This document shows, piece by piece, positions 1 through 12,887 of a stretch of DNA of 53,968 bases; position 1 is the stretch's first letter; every line of letters starts with the position of its first letter. The position numbers and the translations under genes were made by a program. Origin of the DNA: Octopus sinensis (Eukaryota); the NCBI RefSeq assembly GCF_006345805.1, contig NW_021833833.1:1-53968 (forward strand), in the 5' to 3' direction. The notes beneath the pieces are model-generated. The model was given only the letters and a program-made list of their open reading frames with translations. It did not search any database and was not told the origin of the DNA.

Positions 1-261
1 CACTATAACCATCTCAATCATCATCATCAGCAGCAGTAGAATCGTCATCGCCATCCTCCTCCTCCTCCTCCTCCTCATCATCATCATCATCATCATTATC
101 GACATCAACAATAATGACAAAATTTGTAAAAATTTCAAGTAACAACAGAAGTCATCATCCGATTGTAATTATATTCTGCACCATTTATAAGGACCCACGT
201 ATACAAACAATTATTTCTATATGTGTGTATGTATGTTTGCATAAATGCATATATTATATAT

Positions 262-301
<40 letters not shown>

Positions 302-349
302 TATGTACACACACATATACACACACATATATATATAAATGCGTATATA

Positions 350-720
350 CTCTTTTACTCTTTTACTTGACTGAGGCCATGCTGGAGCACCGCCTTTAAT
401 CGACCAACTCGACCTCGGGACTTATTCTTTTGTAAGCCCAGTATTTATTCTATCGGTCTCTTTTGCCGAACCGCTAAGTAACGGGGACATAAACACACCA
501 GCATCGGTTGTCAAGCAATGCTAGGGGGACAAACACAGACATACAAACACACCACACGCATATATATATATATATATATATAATATATATTATATACATA
601 TACGATGGGCTTCTTTCAGTTTCCATCTACCAAATCCCTCACAAGGCTTTGGTCGGCCCGAGGCTATAGCAGAAGACACTTGTCCAAGATGCCACGCAGT
701 GGGACTGAACCCGGAACCAT
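350..720 (-). mobile_element. SINE family A (tRNA-derived), head truncated
   Basis: Near-identical to copies at 28606-29020 and 36341-36752; internal (CA/TA)n; 3' tail gtaaaagagtaaaagag on the minus strand. Confidence 0.85.
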
Positions 721-833
721 ATATATACATATATGTATATATATGGCGGTGCCCCAGCATGGCCACAGCTCATAGGCTGGAACTGGAATCAATCAATCAA
801 TCAATCATATTAACATTATATATATTTATATAT

Positions 834-883
<50 letters not shown>

Positions 884-1953
884 ATACATATATATATATA
901 TATATATATATTTACATATATATACATATATGTGTATGAATATATATTTATATATATACAAATAGATGCAACCACACGCTTATCTATACACATACATACA
1001 TCTTGTCAAGATCAAACTCGATTGAAGTGGCCTTAATATGACGTTCAATATGTGTGTATGTGTGTAACTCACGCGCATGTGTGTGTGTGTGTGTGTGTGT
1101 GTGTAGCAATCGATCCTCCGATCGAACTAAGGAAACTACAATCCTTTTGGATTTCCCCGTTGCTGAAACTGTCAACCCCAACTCCTTCAAGAAGTATCGC
1201 TGTTCTTTTTTTTTATCTCTCCGATGACAAGAAGCGGGATATGATTTCAGAGCGTAGAGTACCAGGACCAATGCTGTAAAGCAGGAGTCAGGGAACTTTT
1301 TTTTAACTATTTACCCCCAAATATATTCATTTACGCCGACGTTACCTCCTTGATTTGAAAGGAAGAAAATCATAGATTCTTTGAATTCAAAAGGTCTATT
1401 GAATCTGTTTGGCGTGATGTCTCCTAAATTTGTCCGTTACATTGGACAGATGCAGTGTTGGCAGAAGAAAAAATACCGTTGTAACTAGGAACTTGGTTTT
1501 TATATAATTTTACTTATGTCTAATGAGTCCTCATTACTCCCAAGAATTTCATTTTTACCTCACTTAGGGTTATTTACCCCGGTTCGCAGACCCCTGCTAT
1601 AAGGCATTATGTCCTATATACTAACGTGTCTCAGATAAATTTAATGCATATGGTTTAGCCCGTGTGAGTGGGCTCGCTCTCTAGTTGGCGCGTGTAGGCT
1701 GAGGAATGCGGATGAAACATGTGCCAAGGTACTCGTTGTTCAGTTTCCTCACTTTCACTGAAAAAATCAGTGGTGATGTTGGGGCCCTCTTTCATAGAGA
1801 AACCTGTGAAATATTCGTTATTACTTGCTTTTCTATCCTTATTTTAGTTTTTTATTTATCATTTATGATGCTGTCAAGCAAGTGGTAAAATAGCTTAAAA
1901 AGTGCATAAGAGCAAGTAGACGTGTTCTTGTTGCCCTCAGTTTGGGCAATTGT

Positions 1954-2080
1954 GAAGGCGCGTGGCTTAGTGGTTAGGGTATTTGGCTGGCGTACGTTCA
2001 TAAGGTCGTGAGTTCGATTCCCGGCGATACGTTGTGTCTTTAAGCAAAACACTTTATTACATATTTCACCAGTCCAAACT
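1954..2080 (+). mobile_element. SINE family B head fragment
   Basis: Pol III A-box (TGGCTTAGTGG) and B-box (GAGTTCGATTCCC); shared with copies at 5049, 28277 and 32012. Confidence 0.75.
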
Positions 2081-3118
2081 AGAATATTTGAGTGCATATA
2101 TTTATATATGTAGGTAAAACTCAGATAGTTAGTAAAAATTTATGCGAGTAAAATTTGAGATAAAGATGGAACCAGCAAAAGAAAATACTTCACGGTGCCA
2201 GAGAAGCAAAAGCGCATACTGGAAAAGCATAGAAATATAAAGCGAATAAACAACAAACAAAAGGGTGTATGATGAAGTTCAATGAGTCCAAAGAATGAAA
2301 CATTGAGAATTTGATGTTTCGGGTGATAACTTTTATTAAAGAGAAGGAAGAATAGTAAAAAAAAAAATTAGAAAGAAGAGAAAGAAAAAAATATATGATT
2401 TCAAAAAGGCATCTCTTCACATGACAAGTCTCCAGTAGAATGAAAGCTGGGAGGTGAAATAGAATGGTTAAAAGTGGAGATACAATTTAGGTAATACTAA
2501 GATTAAATGGAGAAAGTGGGCCGGAGTAAGATAGAATGTGAGACAGAGAGATGTAAAAAAGAGGAGGGAGAAGAGAGGAATTAAGATGGAGAGGAAAGGA
2601 GAGTATGAGAACTAGCGAGGAAGAAAAAGTGAGAAGGATAGTAAAGAGCTCACGATAACGATGTTTGTTCGTATGTTTAGGGATACCTTTGCATAATGTA
2701 TTTGCATGATGCGCTATTGAATGGAGGAATGTGTAAAGGATGATTGGTTGGAAGTAGATTTAAGATGGAATGGTGTGTGTTTCAGGGGGTAGTTTTACCA
2801 TATACAGTGGAGTTTGTGAAATGTCAAATCTATATAGTATGTCTCTGTGTCATGGTTGTATAAAGTGTGAAACAGTATGATGGAGTGAATGTAAGAGGAT
2901 AGAATGCGGTGTGGTGTTGTTATGTTATCGTGGTCACAGTATTCATACCCAAAGGAGCGGAGTAGCCAAGGCGGAAGATAAGGTATTGTTCTTTGGAATA
3001 GGACATGTTGAATCGTGCTTCCAAACGTCATGGTATCTTCTCGTAGCGAATGAGAGACTGAAGACTGATGAATATAGGATCAAGTCTTGGAGAGTATGGT
3101 TGATTGCAAAGGAAGGTA

Positions 3119-3332
3119 ATGGGTTGCCTGGAAAGTTCGTGCCGACTTATAGTAGCTTACCTTTCGACTTACCCTCCCAAGCACCTCAACTCTGAGAAGA
3201 GGGTATTTTCAAGTTAAAGGAACGATGGAGACGCATTGTGCAACAAAATGGTTCATATTTCGTTGATTAAAAAGTATCTATTGACCTTTTTCTTTCCTTT
3301 AAAAATCGGCACGAACTTTCCGGACAACCCAA
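3119..3332 (+). mobile_element. Non-autonomous mariner element (internal-deletion derivative)
   Basis: 30-bp TIRs (26/30 match) at 3119-3148 and 3303-3332, with TA on both sides. The interior retains the mariner transposase C-terminus EEGIFKLKERWRRIVQQNGSYFVD*. Confidence 0.85.
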
Positions 3333-4254
3333 TACATTGTCAGGGTTGATGACTATTTATAAAAAACAACCCAAAGTATTTCCGCACATAGCGTGTGTGA
3401 ATGAGGCATAGAGAGCTTGGTGGCGTGGAATGGGGCTGTATTTGAAAATAATTGTCCAATGTTGTGTAGTTTATAGTTGGATACAAAGCAGGCAGCGAAG
3501 ATGGAGACTTTCTTCATATCTTTATAATCTTATAAGAGTTGCGCTGTTGGGTAGGTGTTTTTGAGGTGTGGAAAGTGAATGAAATTCTCTCAGCATTGTA
3601 GGCTATGTTCTTTGCCCGCATAACTGAACTACAGCTACGCAAAAAAAAAAAAAAACACTTGAAGGACTTTGGACATTGAGGTTGTATGCGAGATGTATAG
3701 TGAAAAGTCTAAATGTCTGGTTTCCGTCATCAGCTTAGCTGTTTTTGATGGGCCAGATGGAAAGGAAGTGTGTCGTCCGCGATAAGTGGTATAAAACTAG
3801 GGGAAATCCAACCACTCGGCCGGCTTGAAACACTGTAAGGTTCGTGAGGAAGGATATGTTATTTAGTAAGTAATTGTGCGTGGGAGAGTTGGAATGAGAG
3901 AGTGGTCGGAAGACCTGACAGATGCAGAGATAGACAGTTTGATGGAGGTTGGGCTTAGAACTGAATAAGAGATCAGGAGTGTTCGGGTTGTCTGTGTGTC
4001 GGTACGGAATGATAGTAAGGATTAAGAGATAAAACAAGTTGGTGTAAAGAAGTGAGAATAGAAAAGGGCTCGGGTTCTGTAAAGTGAGTATGAGAGCCGT
4101 GAGGAAACGTGAGCATGAAAGTCACCAAAGACGTTGACTTCAGAGGGAAAAGAGTTTAGATATATATCCTAAATGCGGGAGAAAATACTGTCAAAGAAGT
4201 GATAGTGGCTTTAGGAATTTGAAGAGCCTTGTCATATTCTGTGTGCCAGTTTGT

Positions 4255-4360
4255 GATCAACTGGTATTTATTTCAAGTCGACCTCAGCGGAAGTTGAACA
4301 CAGAACATAAAGACAGACGAAATGTCGCTAAGCATTTTACTCGGCACGCAAACGATTTAG
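4255..4360 (-). mobile_element. SINE family C fragment nested in the LINE
   Basis: gtcgacctcagcggaagttgaacacagaac...gacgaaatgtcgctaagcatttt matches the family C head in reverse. Confidence 0.7.
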
Positions 4361-4982
4361 ATGTATTTAGTGGGGATGAGATGGGGAGATTTTGAGCCAG
4401 AGAATCTCGAAGTTATTAATTATTGCTGAAATGTAAGAAGTAAAACAGAGAAAATAAAGTTTATGAATGAGAACGCATAGAGAATGTATTGTAGACAATA
4501 AAGATTGGTTGTAGATATGGATTGAGAAATCTGTACTCCTAAGATAAATAGAATATATGGCGTGCGAGTAAGAAGTGATGTACAGGATGTAAGCTGGATG
4601 GTGGTGGTGGTGGTGGGTCCTTGGATGTTTGAAAAGAGGAAGGAGAAATGACCAAAGTTTTGGATCTGTTTATTGAAACTGAAGGAAACATAGAAAGTAA
4701 CGGTGCGGAGAATGATAACGGAAATCCCTGGACTCAAAATTTGGACTGAATGCTAGGAAGAGAGTAGACTCTGTTAAAAGCATCCGAAAGATGGTGCGCC
4801 TGAAAATTCTACGCTCAATCCGAAGGGGCTATACTGAGTTGAACAACAGCAAAATATAAAACCAAAAACTAAAATCGTAGTACTGGTTGTAAAGACAGGG
4901 AAATTGTAACGATTTAGTAGTAATAATAGCAGTAGCATCATCAGCAGTAGTAGTTGTATCATTAGTATCATGTTTTAATAAA

Positions 4983-5018
<36 letters not shown>

Positions 5019-5048
5019 CGCATTTATAACTGTATGCATGTATGCTAA

Positions 5049-5284
5049 GACACGTGGTTTAGTGGTTAAGGTATTCGGCTCATGATTGCAAGCTCATGAG
5101 TTCAATTCCCGGCGATGAAATGTATCCTTTCGCAAGACACTTTATTTAACCTTGCTCCAGTCCAACCAGCTGGCGAAAATGAGCTGTACCTGTAATTCAA
5201 AGTGCTAACCTTATCGCATTCTGTGTGTCACACAATCTCCCTGAAAACTGTGTATGGTCGCATATGTGAGTGAAGTGCTCAACC
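5049..5284 (+). mobile_element. SINE family B copy
   Basis: tRNA-like head with A/B boxes; body similar to 33590-33946. Confidence 0.75.
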
Positions 5285-5294
5285 ATAATAATGA

Positions 5295-5465
5295 TAGTAG
5301 TTTCAAATTTTGGCACAGGGCTAGCAAGTTCGAGGGAGAGGTAAGTCGACTAAATCGACCCCAGGGTTCAACTCGTACTTATATTATCGAGCAGGAAAAG
5401 ATGAAAGGCAAGTAAACCTCAGCAGAATTTGAACTCAGAACGTAAAGACAGACGAAATGTCGCTA
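5295..5465 (-). mobile_element. SINE family C partial copy
   Basis: Matches family C copies at 41654-41885 and 43190-43457. Confidence 0.75.
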
Positions 5466-5710
5466 CATATGTATATATATATATATATAATATATATATA
5501 TATAATATATATATAATATATATATATATGTCGATATATATATACCATATATATATAGTTTATATATATATATATATATATGTACACAAATATATATATA
5601 GTTTATATATATATATATAAAATATATATATAGTTTATATATTATATATATATATATATATATACAAATATATATATATATATATTATATATATATATAC
5701 AAATATATAT

Positions 5711-5800
<90 letters not shown>

Positions 5801-5805
5801 TATAG
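5465..5805. repeat. Interrupted (TA)n microsatellite
   Basis: Direct inspection. Confidence 0.95.
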
Positions 5806-6439
5806 TGGTTTCAGTTGATCCGATCAACGGAGCAGCCTGCTCGTGAAAATTTCGGGGTCGATTAAATAAGTACCAGTTGCGTACTGGAGTCAATCTAATC
5901 GACTGCCCACGCCCCTAAATTTTCGGGCCTTGTGCCTAGAGTAGAAAAGAATATCTGCATGTGTACACTGGACAGTAGAATGAGTACAATATGATGATGG
6001 TATTGTCAGGCTGCAAGCGACGTCTGTGAGTGCACAAAAATAGACTGGACAATGTAAAGAGAACAATATGTCCAGATTGCCAAGTTTTAGTTTACATAAT
6101 TCATTGCGTGTGTGAAGTTTGTCTCTCAGATTGATGGTGGTGTGATATATCATCTGAAGCAACAATGTCTTATGGGTTGCTTCTTGTAGTTCGGTCAAGT
6201 ATTTGCATGGTATAGGCCTGGTGGGTCAGTGCCGTCCGAAGACTACTCATTCACAATGACATTCCACATCTGTAATTGACTCGGTGCGGTCGCTCGGTCC
6301 TCTGGGAAGCAGATTATTTTCCAGCTTTTTATAAGCGGGAGACATTAGGTAATGTAGCCATGATGGAAAGGTTCAAAGCACGAATGCATTTGATCATAGG
6401 TCTGCTCGCTCAAGGTTAACATGGGGTTAAACGACAATA

Positions 6440-6488
6440 ACAATGACTACTACTACTACTACTACTACTACAACTACTACTACCACCT

Positions 6489-6524
<36 letters not shown>

Positions 6525-6618
6525 GTAGTAGTAGTAGAAGTAGGAGTAGTAGTAGTAGCAGCAGCAGTAGTAGTAGTAGTATAGTGACACCGCAGTGACG
6601 AGGAACAAAAGTAACATT

Positions 6619-6674
<56 letters not shown>

Positions 6675-6745
6675 TATCAACAACAACAACAACAGAAGCT
6701 GTAGCAACACCAATTACTGTAGCAGCAACAACTGAAGCAATTTCA
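6440..6745. repeat. Compound trinucleotide microsatellite (ACT/AGT/ATC/AAC)
   Basis: Direct inspection. Confidence 0.95.
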
Positions 6746-7329
6746 GTAGTCACAAATATATAAACAACATTGAGTGTCCTTGAATATGGTCACTCAACAA
6801 GCTACAAATAGCAGCTACTTCACCATGAAACTATTCCCTACAATCTTAAAAAGGACCACATGAGATAACGCAATCGTAGATAGAGAATTTAATATCCTAA
6901 TGTAGGATATCCGTGGGTGACTGTTGGCTGTTTGTTGGCTGGTTGTTAGCTGGATATGGTTGGCCATGGGTTAAACAACTGTGTTTCCTACCAGCAGCTG
7001 TAAATAGCAATATTATAATCTTCGGATACGTGGCAACGATTCTTAATTTCCAACATTCCTATACATGCTCTCTCCATTATATAAATGTTATACATTGCCA
7101 TCTATTCAGATAAATATGTTTATATTGTTATATAATATATACATTGTTATACATGTTATGTACGCTGTGCATGTTTCCGGAGACTGAACCAATTCTTGTT
7201 AAAATTCTTTTTAGGAAACTCTTGGATTTCTCAAATAATAGCAGCAACAATAATTCTAATTCTTTCTATCATAAGCACAAAGCCTGAAATTCTTGAGGAT
7301 GAGGTTAGTCCGTGGAAACCTCACAAAAA

Positions 7330-8550
7330 CCACGATCGCCCTGACCTCTTTGGTAAGTGCTCTCTCTATTTAATCTACTCTCGATCATGTTTAGAGTAGG
7401 CCGGTTCACTCGGACCATTCGCGCAACGTTCACTCACCTTTTAACAAAATTGCTGGGAGGCAGTACCTCTCACTTTACCCTCACTTTCCTTTTCGATTGA
7501 AATTTGAAAAAGTTGATGAAGGCTTAGCCAAAAAGAAAAGTTTCTGTCTTCAGCTCTTTCAACCTGGTCCACCACACAACCTCTTTCGCTAAGGACATCA
7601 GACAAGGAAAGAGTGTCTGCCCTTCCAGGTCAAAGGTAGGCGGCGGGCGATTTTCTCGACGACCTCGGCTTATAATCGGATCCGTCCTATACGTAACAAC
7701 AGATGTTCGACATAAACCCACAAATCAGCAATGCTCAGGCACTGGACGAGAACATGCAAAACAATTTCATTGCTCTGCGCGCACCTCGGGCAAGCCCGGC
7801 TGACGGCACTTCCATGCCTGTAGAATCTATCCCGAACCGACAATAACATTAGTAGCACTGCCAGGCCAGGGATTTCTGGAAGTTATCCATAGGCCCCAGC
7901 CCTAAAGTCTTCCAGAACAGACCAACCAACTCATTCTCATCGACGCCCAGAATCACGTCGTCGCACTTACCCGCAACTAGGCCCTATATAGAATGCCTGA
8001 GGGGAATTTCCACCGACCGCATTGCCTGACTCACAGAGGACTACGAGTTCTTGACCACACACCCTAGGCGCCAGATGCTCTGCTTCGGTCTACGCTTGAT
8101 CCCGCACTGCAGCTCAGACAAAGAGACAAGCTGTGGGAAATCGTGTCTGACAAATGGCGATTATACTTGCTCACCGTCTAGGAAGCAGTGGCGATATTAC
8201 AGCCTCAGCGCATGTCTACGCATCAGCAGCCATGGCATGCCTAGCCCTCCATTCAGTGGGTGTTGACAGCAAATGGAGCGCCTGACGAGTGGAATGCACC
8301 CCTCCCACAGAAAGCGGAAAAGTATGCATTCCATTTTCGTCGGACATGAACTGGGGCAAGGTACGACGGTCGGGCGATAATATATAACGGAGGAGATGTA
8401 TGCATTCGCCATCTCTGCCTGACCCTTCAAGGATAACTTTTCTCAAGTCATTTCTGGGTGAGATTGGCCACTGTATCCTAGTTCTTCTCCACCTGAAGGT
8501 TTGGCCCAAACCAGACCCCGAGCAACTTAACAGGTGCCACCATATAATAA
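7330..8550 (-). mobile_element. Decayed Tx1/L1-like LINE, 3' part of ORF2 (post-RT region and zinc finger)
   Basis: Frameshifted minus-strand peptides: KGQAEMANAYISSVIYY...FRFLWEGCIPLVRRSICCQHPLNGGLGMPWLLMRRHALRL, and CPRCAQSNEIVLHVLVQC...LW (CCHC zf-RVT-like). Confidence 0.8.
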
Positions 8551-8553
8551 TAA

Positions 8554-9100
8554 ATACCCTAATGTAATACCAGGAACTGGCTTCCATAGCTTTTGATCTT
8601 AACTGATTGGAAGTGTTATCGTGTACATTGTTTTGTCTTGATATAAAAGATGGGCTACAGCAAATATTCTGTTCAATACCCCTGATTTGCTTGTCAGTTG
8701 TTTGACCTTAACCAGTTGAGCATGCCCCTTAGTGGCTGACGATATGTGCCTCTCTGATCACGAGCAGAGGTTGTGGGAGAGCATCATAGTCACGCGCTCA
8801 GAGGGATTCTTTGACATTTGAATAACTCACACCTGGAAACATGGGTGTTTCGTTCATCATCCCTAAACAATCTTTATTCAGAGACCTTTACAACGGGATG
8901 GGCCACTCGACATGAAGAAAATACTAACTGGGTCTCACCTGCAAGGTCATGCGCTGTTTATCTTGATATGAGATCACCATGTCGTGCACATATGGTTGTG
9001 ATGCATGTACTTGGGGTACCCTTATCAGACGGGTAGTCATGATGGGCTTCGTATATTTTCTCCCAGTGTCACTTTGATAGCAGACACTGCTTTTTCACTC
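8554..9100 (-). mobile_element. ~550-bp interspersed repeat, copy 1 (retroposon-like, flanked by AAT repeats)
   Basis: Aligns along its full length to 9238-9793; (AAT)n at both ends. Confidence 0.75.
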
Positions 9101-9169
9101 AATAATAATAACATTAACATCAACAACAACAACAACAACAACAATAATATAATAATAATAATAATAATA

Positions 9170-9213
<44 letters not shown>

Positions 9214-9237
9214 TAATAATGATAATAATAATAATAA

Positions 9238-9793
9238 ATGCCCTGATGCAGTACCAGGCAGTGGCTCTCGTGGCTTCTGATCTTAACTGATTGGAAGTGT
9301 TATCATGTACATTGTTTTGTCTTGGTATAAAAGATGGGCTACAGCAAATATTCTGCTCAATACCACAGATTTGCTTGTCAGTTGTTTGACCTTAACCAGT
9401 TGAGCATGTCCCTTAGTGGCTGACGATATGTGCATCTCTGATCACGAGCAGAAGTAGTGGGGGAGCATCATAGCCATGTGTTGAGAGGGATTCTTTGGGG
9501 TTTGAATAATTCACCACTGGAAACATGGGTGGTTCTTTCAACATCCTTAAACAACCCTTATTCAGGGACCTTTTGAGCGGGATGGGCTACTCAACCTGAA
9601 GAAAATTCTAACTGGGCCCCACCTGCAAGGTCATGTGCTGTTTATCTTGATATGAGATCACCATGTCGCGCACATATGGTTGTGATGCATGTGCCTGGTG
9701 TACCCTTATCAGACGGGTAGTCATGATGGGTATATTGGGGTTCGTATATTTTACCCCAGTGTCACTTTGATGGCATGCACTGCTCTCTCACTC
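9238..9793 (-). mobile_element. ~550-bp interspersed repeat, copy 2
   Basis: Direct repeat of 8554-9100, separated by (AAC)n(AAT)n at 9101-9237. The strand is inferred from the tail position. Confidence 0.75.
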
Positions 9794-9810
9794 AATGATA
9801 ATAATAATAA

Positions 9811-9963
9811 TCCTTTCTCTTATAGGAATGAGGCCTGAAATTTTTTTGGAGGGACCAGTTGATTAAATTGACCGTCAGTGTTTCACTGGTACTTAATTTA
9901 TCGACCCCGAAAGGATGAAAGGCAAAGTCAACCTCGGCGGAATTTGAACTCGGAACGTAGAAC
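9811..9963 (-). mobile_element. SINE family C partial copy
   Basis: atcgaccccgaaaggatgaaaggcaaagtcaacctcggcggaatttgaactc diagnostic block. Confidence 0.8.
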
Positions 9964-10039
9964 ATTTATTTGCCACCAGGGCGAAGGATGAGGGGGGGGG
10001 CAATCAAAGACAGACATAAAATGTGGGATTTACATATTG

Positions 10040-10150
10040 GGACAGAGATAGTCGTAATAGTAACGTTGGAGGTAGTAGTAGTAGTCATAGTAGTAGTAGT
10101 AGTAGTTGTTGTAGTTGTAGTAGTTGTTGTAGAAGTAGTGGTGGTGGTGT

Positions 10151-10184
<34 letters not shown>

Positions 10185-10186
10185 GT

Positions 10187-10220
<34 letters not shown>

Positions 10221-10354
10221 GGTGGTAGTGTTAGTAGTAGTAGTAGTAATAGTAGTAGTAGTAGTTATAGTTATAGTAGTAGTAGTAGTAACAGCAGCAG
10301 CAGCAGTAGTTGTAGTAGTAGTAGTGGTGGTGGTGGTGCTGGTATTGTTAGTAA

Positions 10355-10427
<73 letters not shown>

Positions 10428-10565
10428 TATGCCTGATGTTGCTTCGTGTGGACGCATTCCTGAAGTCATACGACCGTCATTACATTCGTTAAAACAACAA
10501 CAGCCACAACAAGAACGGCGGCAACAGAAATAAATAACAACCTCGTTGACCTCAGCAAAAACCAC

Positions 10566-10598
<33 letters not shown>

Positions 10599-11863
10599 AG
10601 ACAAGGGCGCTGCACTTGTAGCACTATCTACCACCACCTCTACCACCACCACTACCAGCAACAGCAAGTGCATCAGTAGCAGTAGCAGTAGTAGCAGTAG
10701 TCGCTGTAGTAGTAGTAGCAATAGCAGCGGCAACTGACAGATGTTAACTAAGCCAGCCCTGTACTCCAAGCCTGTCTTACCCCAAACCACCTGATAACTG
10801 ATAACTGATCATCATCAGCACTACCAGCAACTCTTACTATAAACACTACAACCACTCCCACTGTGGCCAATACTGTAACACGCCCACTATTACTACTACT
10901 ACGACTACTACTACTGCTGCTGCTACTACTACTACTACTACTATTACTACTAAGACTACTACTACTAAGACTACTACTACTACTACTACCACCACCACCA
11001 CCAAGACTGAAGATCACTACCACCACTACAGTCAATACTGTAAATAACTACCGCCAGCACTACATCTACAACCAATACCGCAGACAACTACGACCACTAC
11101 TACTGGCACCAACATTACAAATACCTACTACTACTACTACTACTTCTACCACCACCTCCACTACCACCTATACTGTCAACATTACACCAATACTAGCTGT
11201 ATTGCAAATACTACCACCAGTAACACCAATACTATAAATACAAGCACTACTACTACTACTACTACTACCTCCACTATTACAATCACTCTGTAAACACTGC
11301 TGCTGTTGCTACTACTACTATTACCACTACTATTACCACTATTACTACTACAACCAATACTCTTACTGGTGTTGTCACTTTGTGCCATTCTTATTTCTAC
11401 AAACCACAAAGACGACCAGGAATAACATGAGCGACGATGCCAACAACGACGACGACGACGACGATGATGATGATGATGATGATGATGATGATATGATGAT
11501 GATGATGATGATGCTGACGACAGCCACAATGCCGCCGCCGTCGCCGACGACGGCGGCACCGGTGGTGGTGGTGGTGGTAGTGGTGGTGGTGGTGATGGCG
11601 GGAAGGCTGTTGCTGTTGATGAAGATGACGACGACGACGACGACGATGACGATGACGATGATGACGATGGTGGTGGTGGTGGTGGTGGTGGTGATAACGA
11701 TGAAGATGATGATGATGATGATGAAGATGCTACCGAAATCAACTCTGCTGGTGGTGCAGTTCTCTGCAAATGTAAGTGCATCACCACTGGTTGGTGGCAA
11801 AAACTGCAACAGGAGCAAACGCAGCTGGCGAATATTACAACATCATAACTTTCAGTCACCTAT

Positions 11864-11901
<38 letters not shown>

Positions 11902-12133
11902 GGTGGTGGTGGTGGTGGTGGTTGCAGTTGTGATTGTAGGAGTGGTAGTAGTAATAATAATAGTAGAAGTAGTAACAGTAGTAGTAGTAGTAGCTGTTAT
12001 AGTTGTGGTGGTTGTAGCAATTGAAGTGGTGGTGGTAGTAGTAGTAGTGGTGGTTGCAGTTGTGATTGTAGAAGTGGTAGTAGTAATAGTAATACTAGAA
12101 GTAGTAACGGTAGTAGTAGTAGTAGTAATAATA

Positions 12134-12169
<36 letters not shown>

Positions 12170-12234
12170 CTGTTATAATTGTGGTGGTAATAGTAGTAGC
12201 AGCTGTTGTAGTTGAGGTGGTAGTTGTAGCAGTG

Positions 12235-12314
<80 letters not shown>

Positions 12315-12852
12315 TGTAGTAGTAGCTTGGTGGTGGTGGTGGTGGTATTCCATCCTGGATATGTAAGCAAGCAGTGGTGATAGTGGTTGGTGACAGTGTG
12401 GTGTTGGTGTTGAGTTAGGTTACAGTGGTCGGTAGTGTGTGACGCCGGTAAGTACCACTAGCACCAGCACCAATACAACATCACCACTACACTACCGTTG
12501 CACTACAACCTCTACAATAACGAAAACACGATTTCGTTACCCTCCGCCGCCGCCACCGCCACCAAAATACAACAAGTACTTCACCTTCCATCACCACCAC
12601 CACTACTACTACTACTGCTACTGCAATACCAATACTGGCTTTCACGTAACCACCACCACCATCACCACCACCACCATAACAACAACAACAACAACAGCAA
12701 CAACTAGAAGAAGCACCAGTCGAGACAAGGACATCAGCGATGCTAACGGCTTCTGCAAGAGACATCAGGAAAGTTATAGTTTATAGACGGTAAAATCAGC
12801 AGGAGCAACAACAACAACAACAAAAATAACTACAAAAAAGAGCCGCTATATC

Positions 12853-12887
<35 letters not shown>

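Larger units (their letters stand above)
2400..4700 (-). mobile_element. Highly decayed APE-type LINE (endonuclease domain recognisable; region towards RT degenerate)
   Basis: Minus-strand translation gives APE motifs in the right order: FSNIQG (4618-4635), VFGDFHAH (around 4109-4126), DNPNTPDLLFSS, SSDHSLI (SDH at 3902-3910). There are many stops and frameshifts. The left boundary is uncertain. Confidence 0.6.

Noticed and set aside
5960-6420. Complex non-microsatellite segment, possibly a LINE remnant
   Set aside because: No diagnostic motif could be identified by eye, so it was left unannotated.
11182-11867. Overlapping low-complexity ORFs on both strands (225 aa minus, 161 aa plus)
   Set aside because: Stop-free only because of trinucleotide repeats; no recognisable domain and no support for translation.
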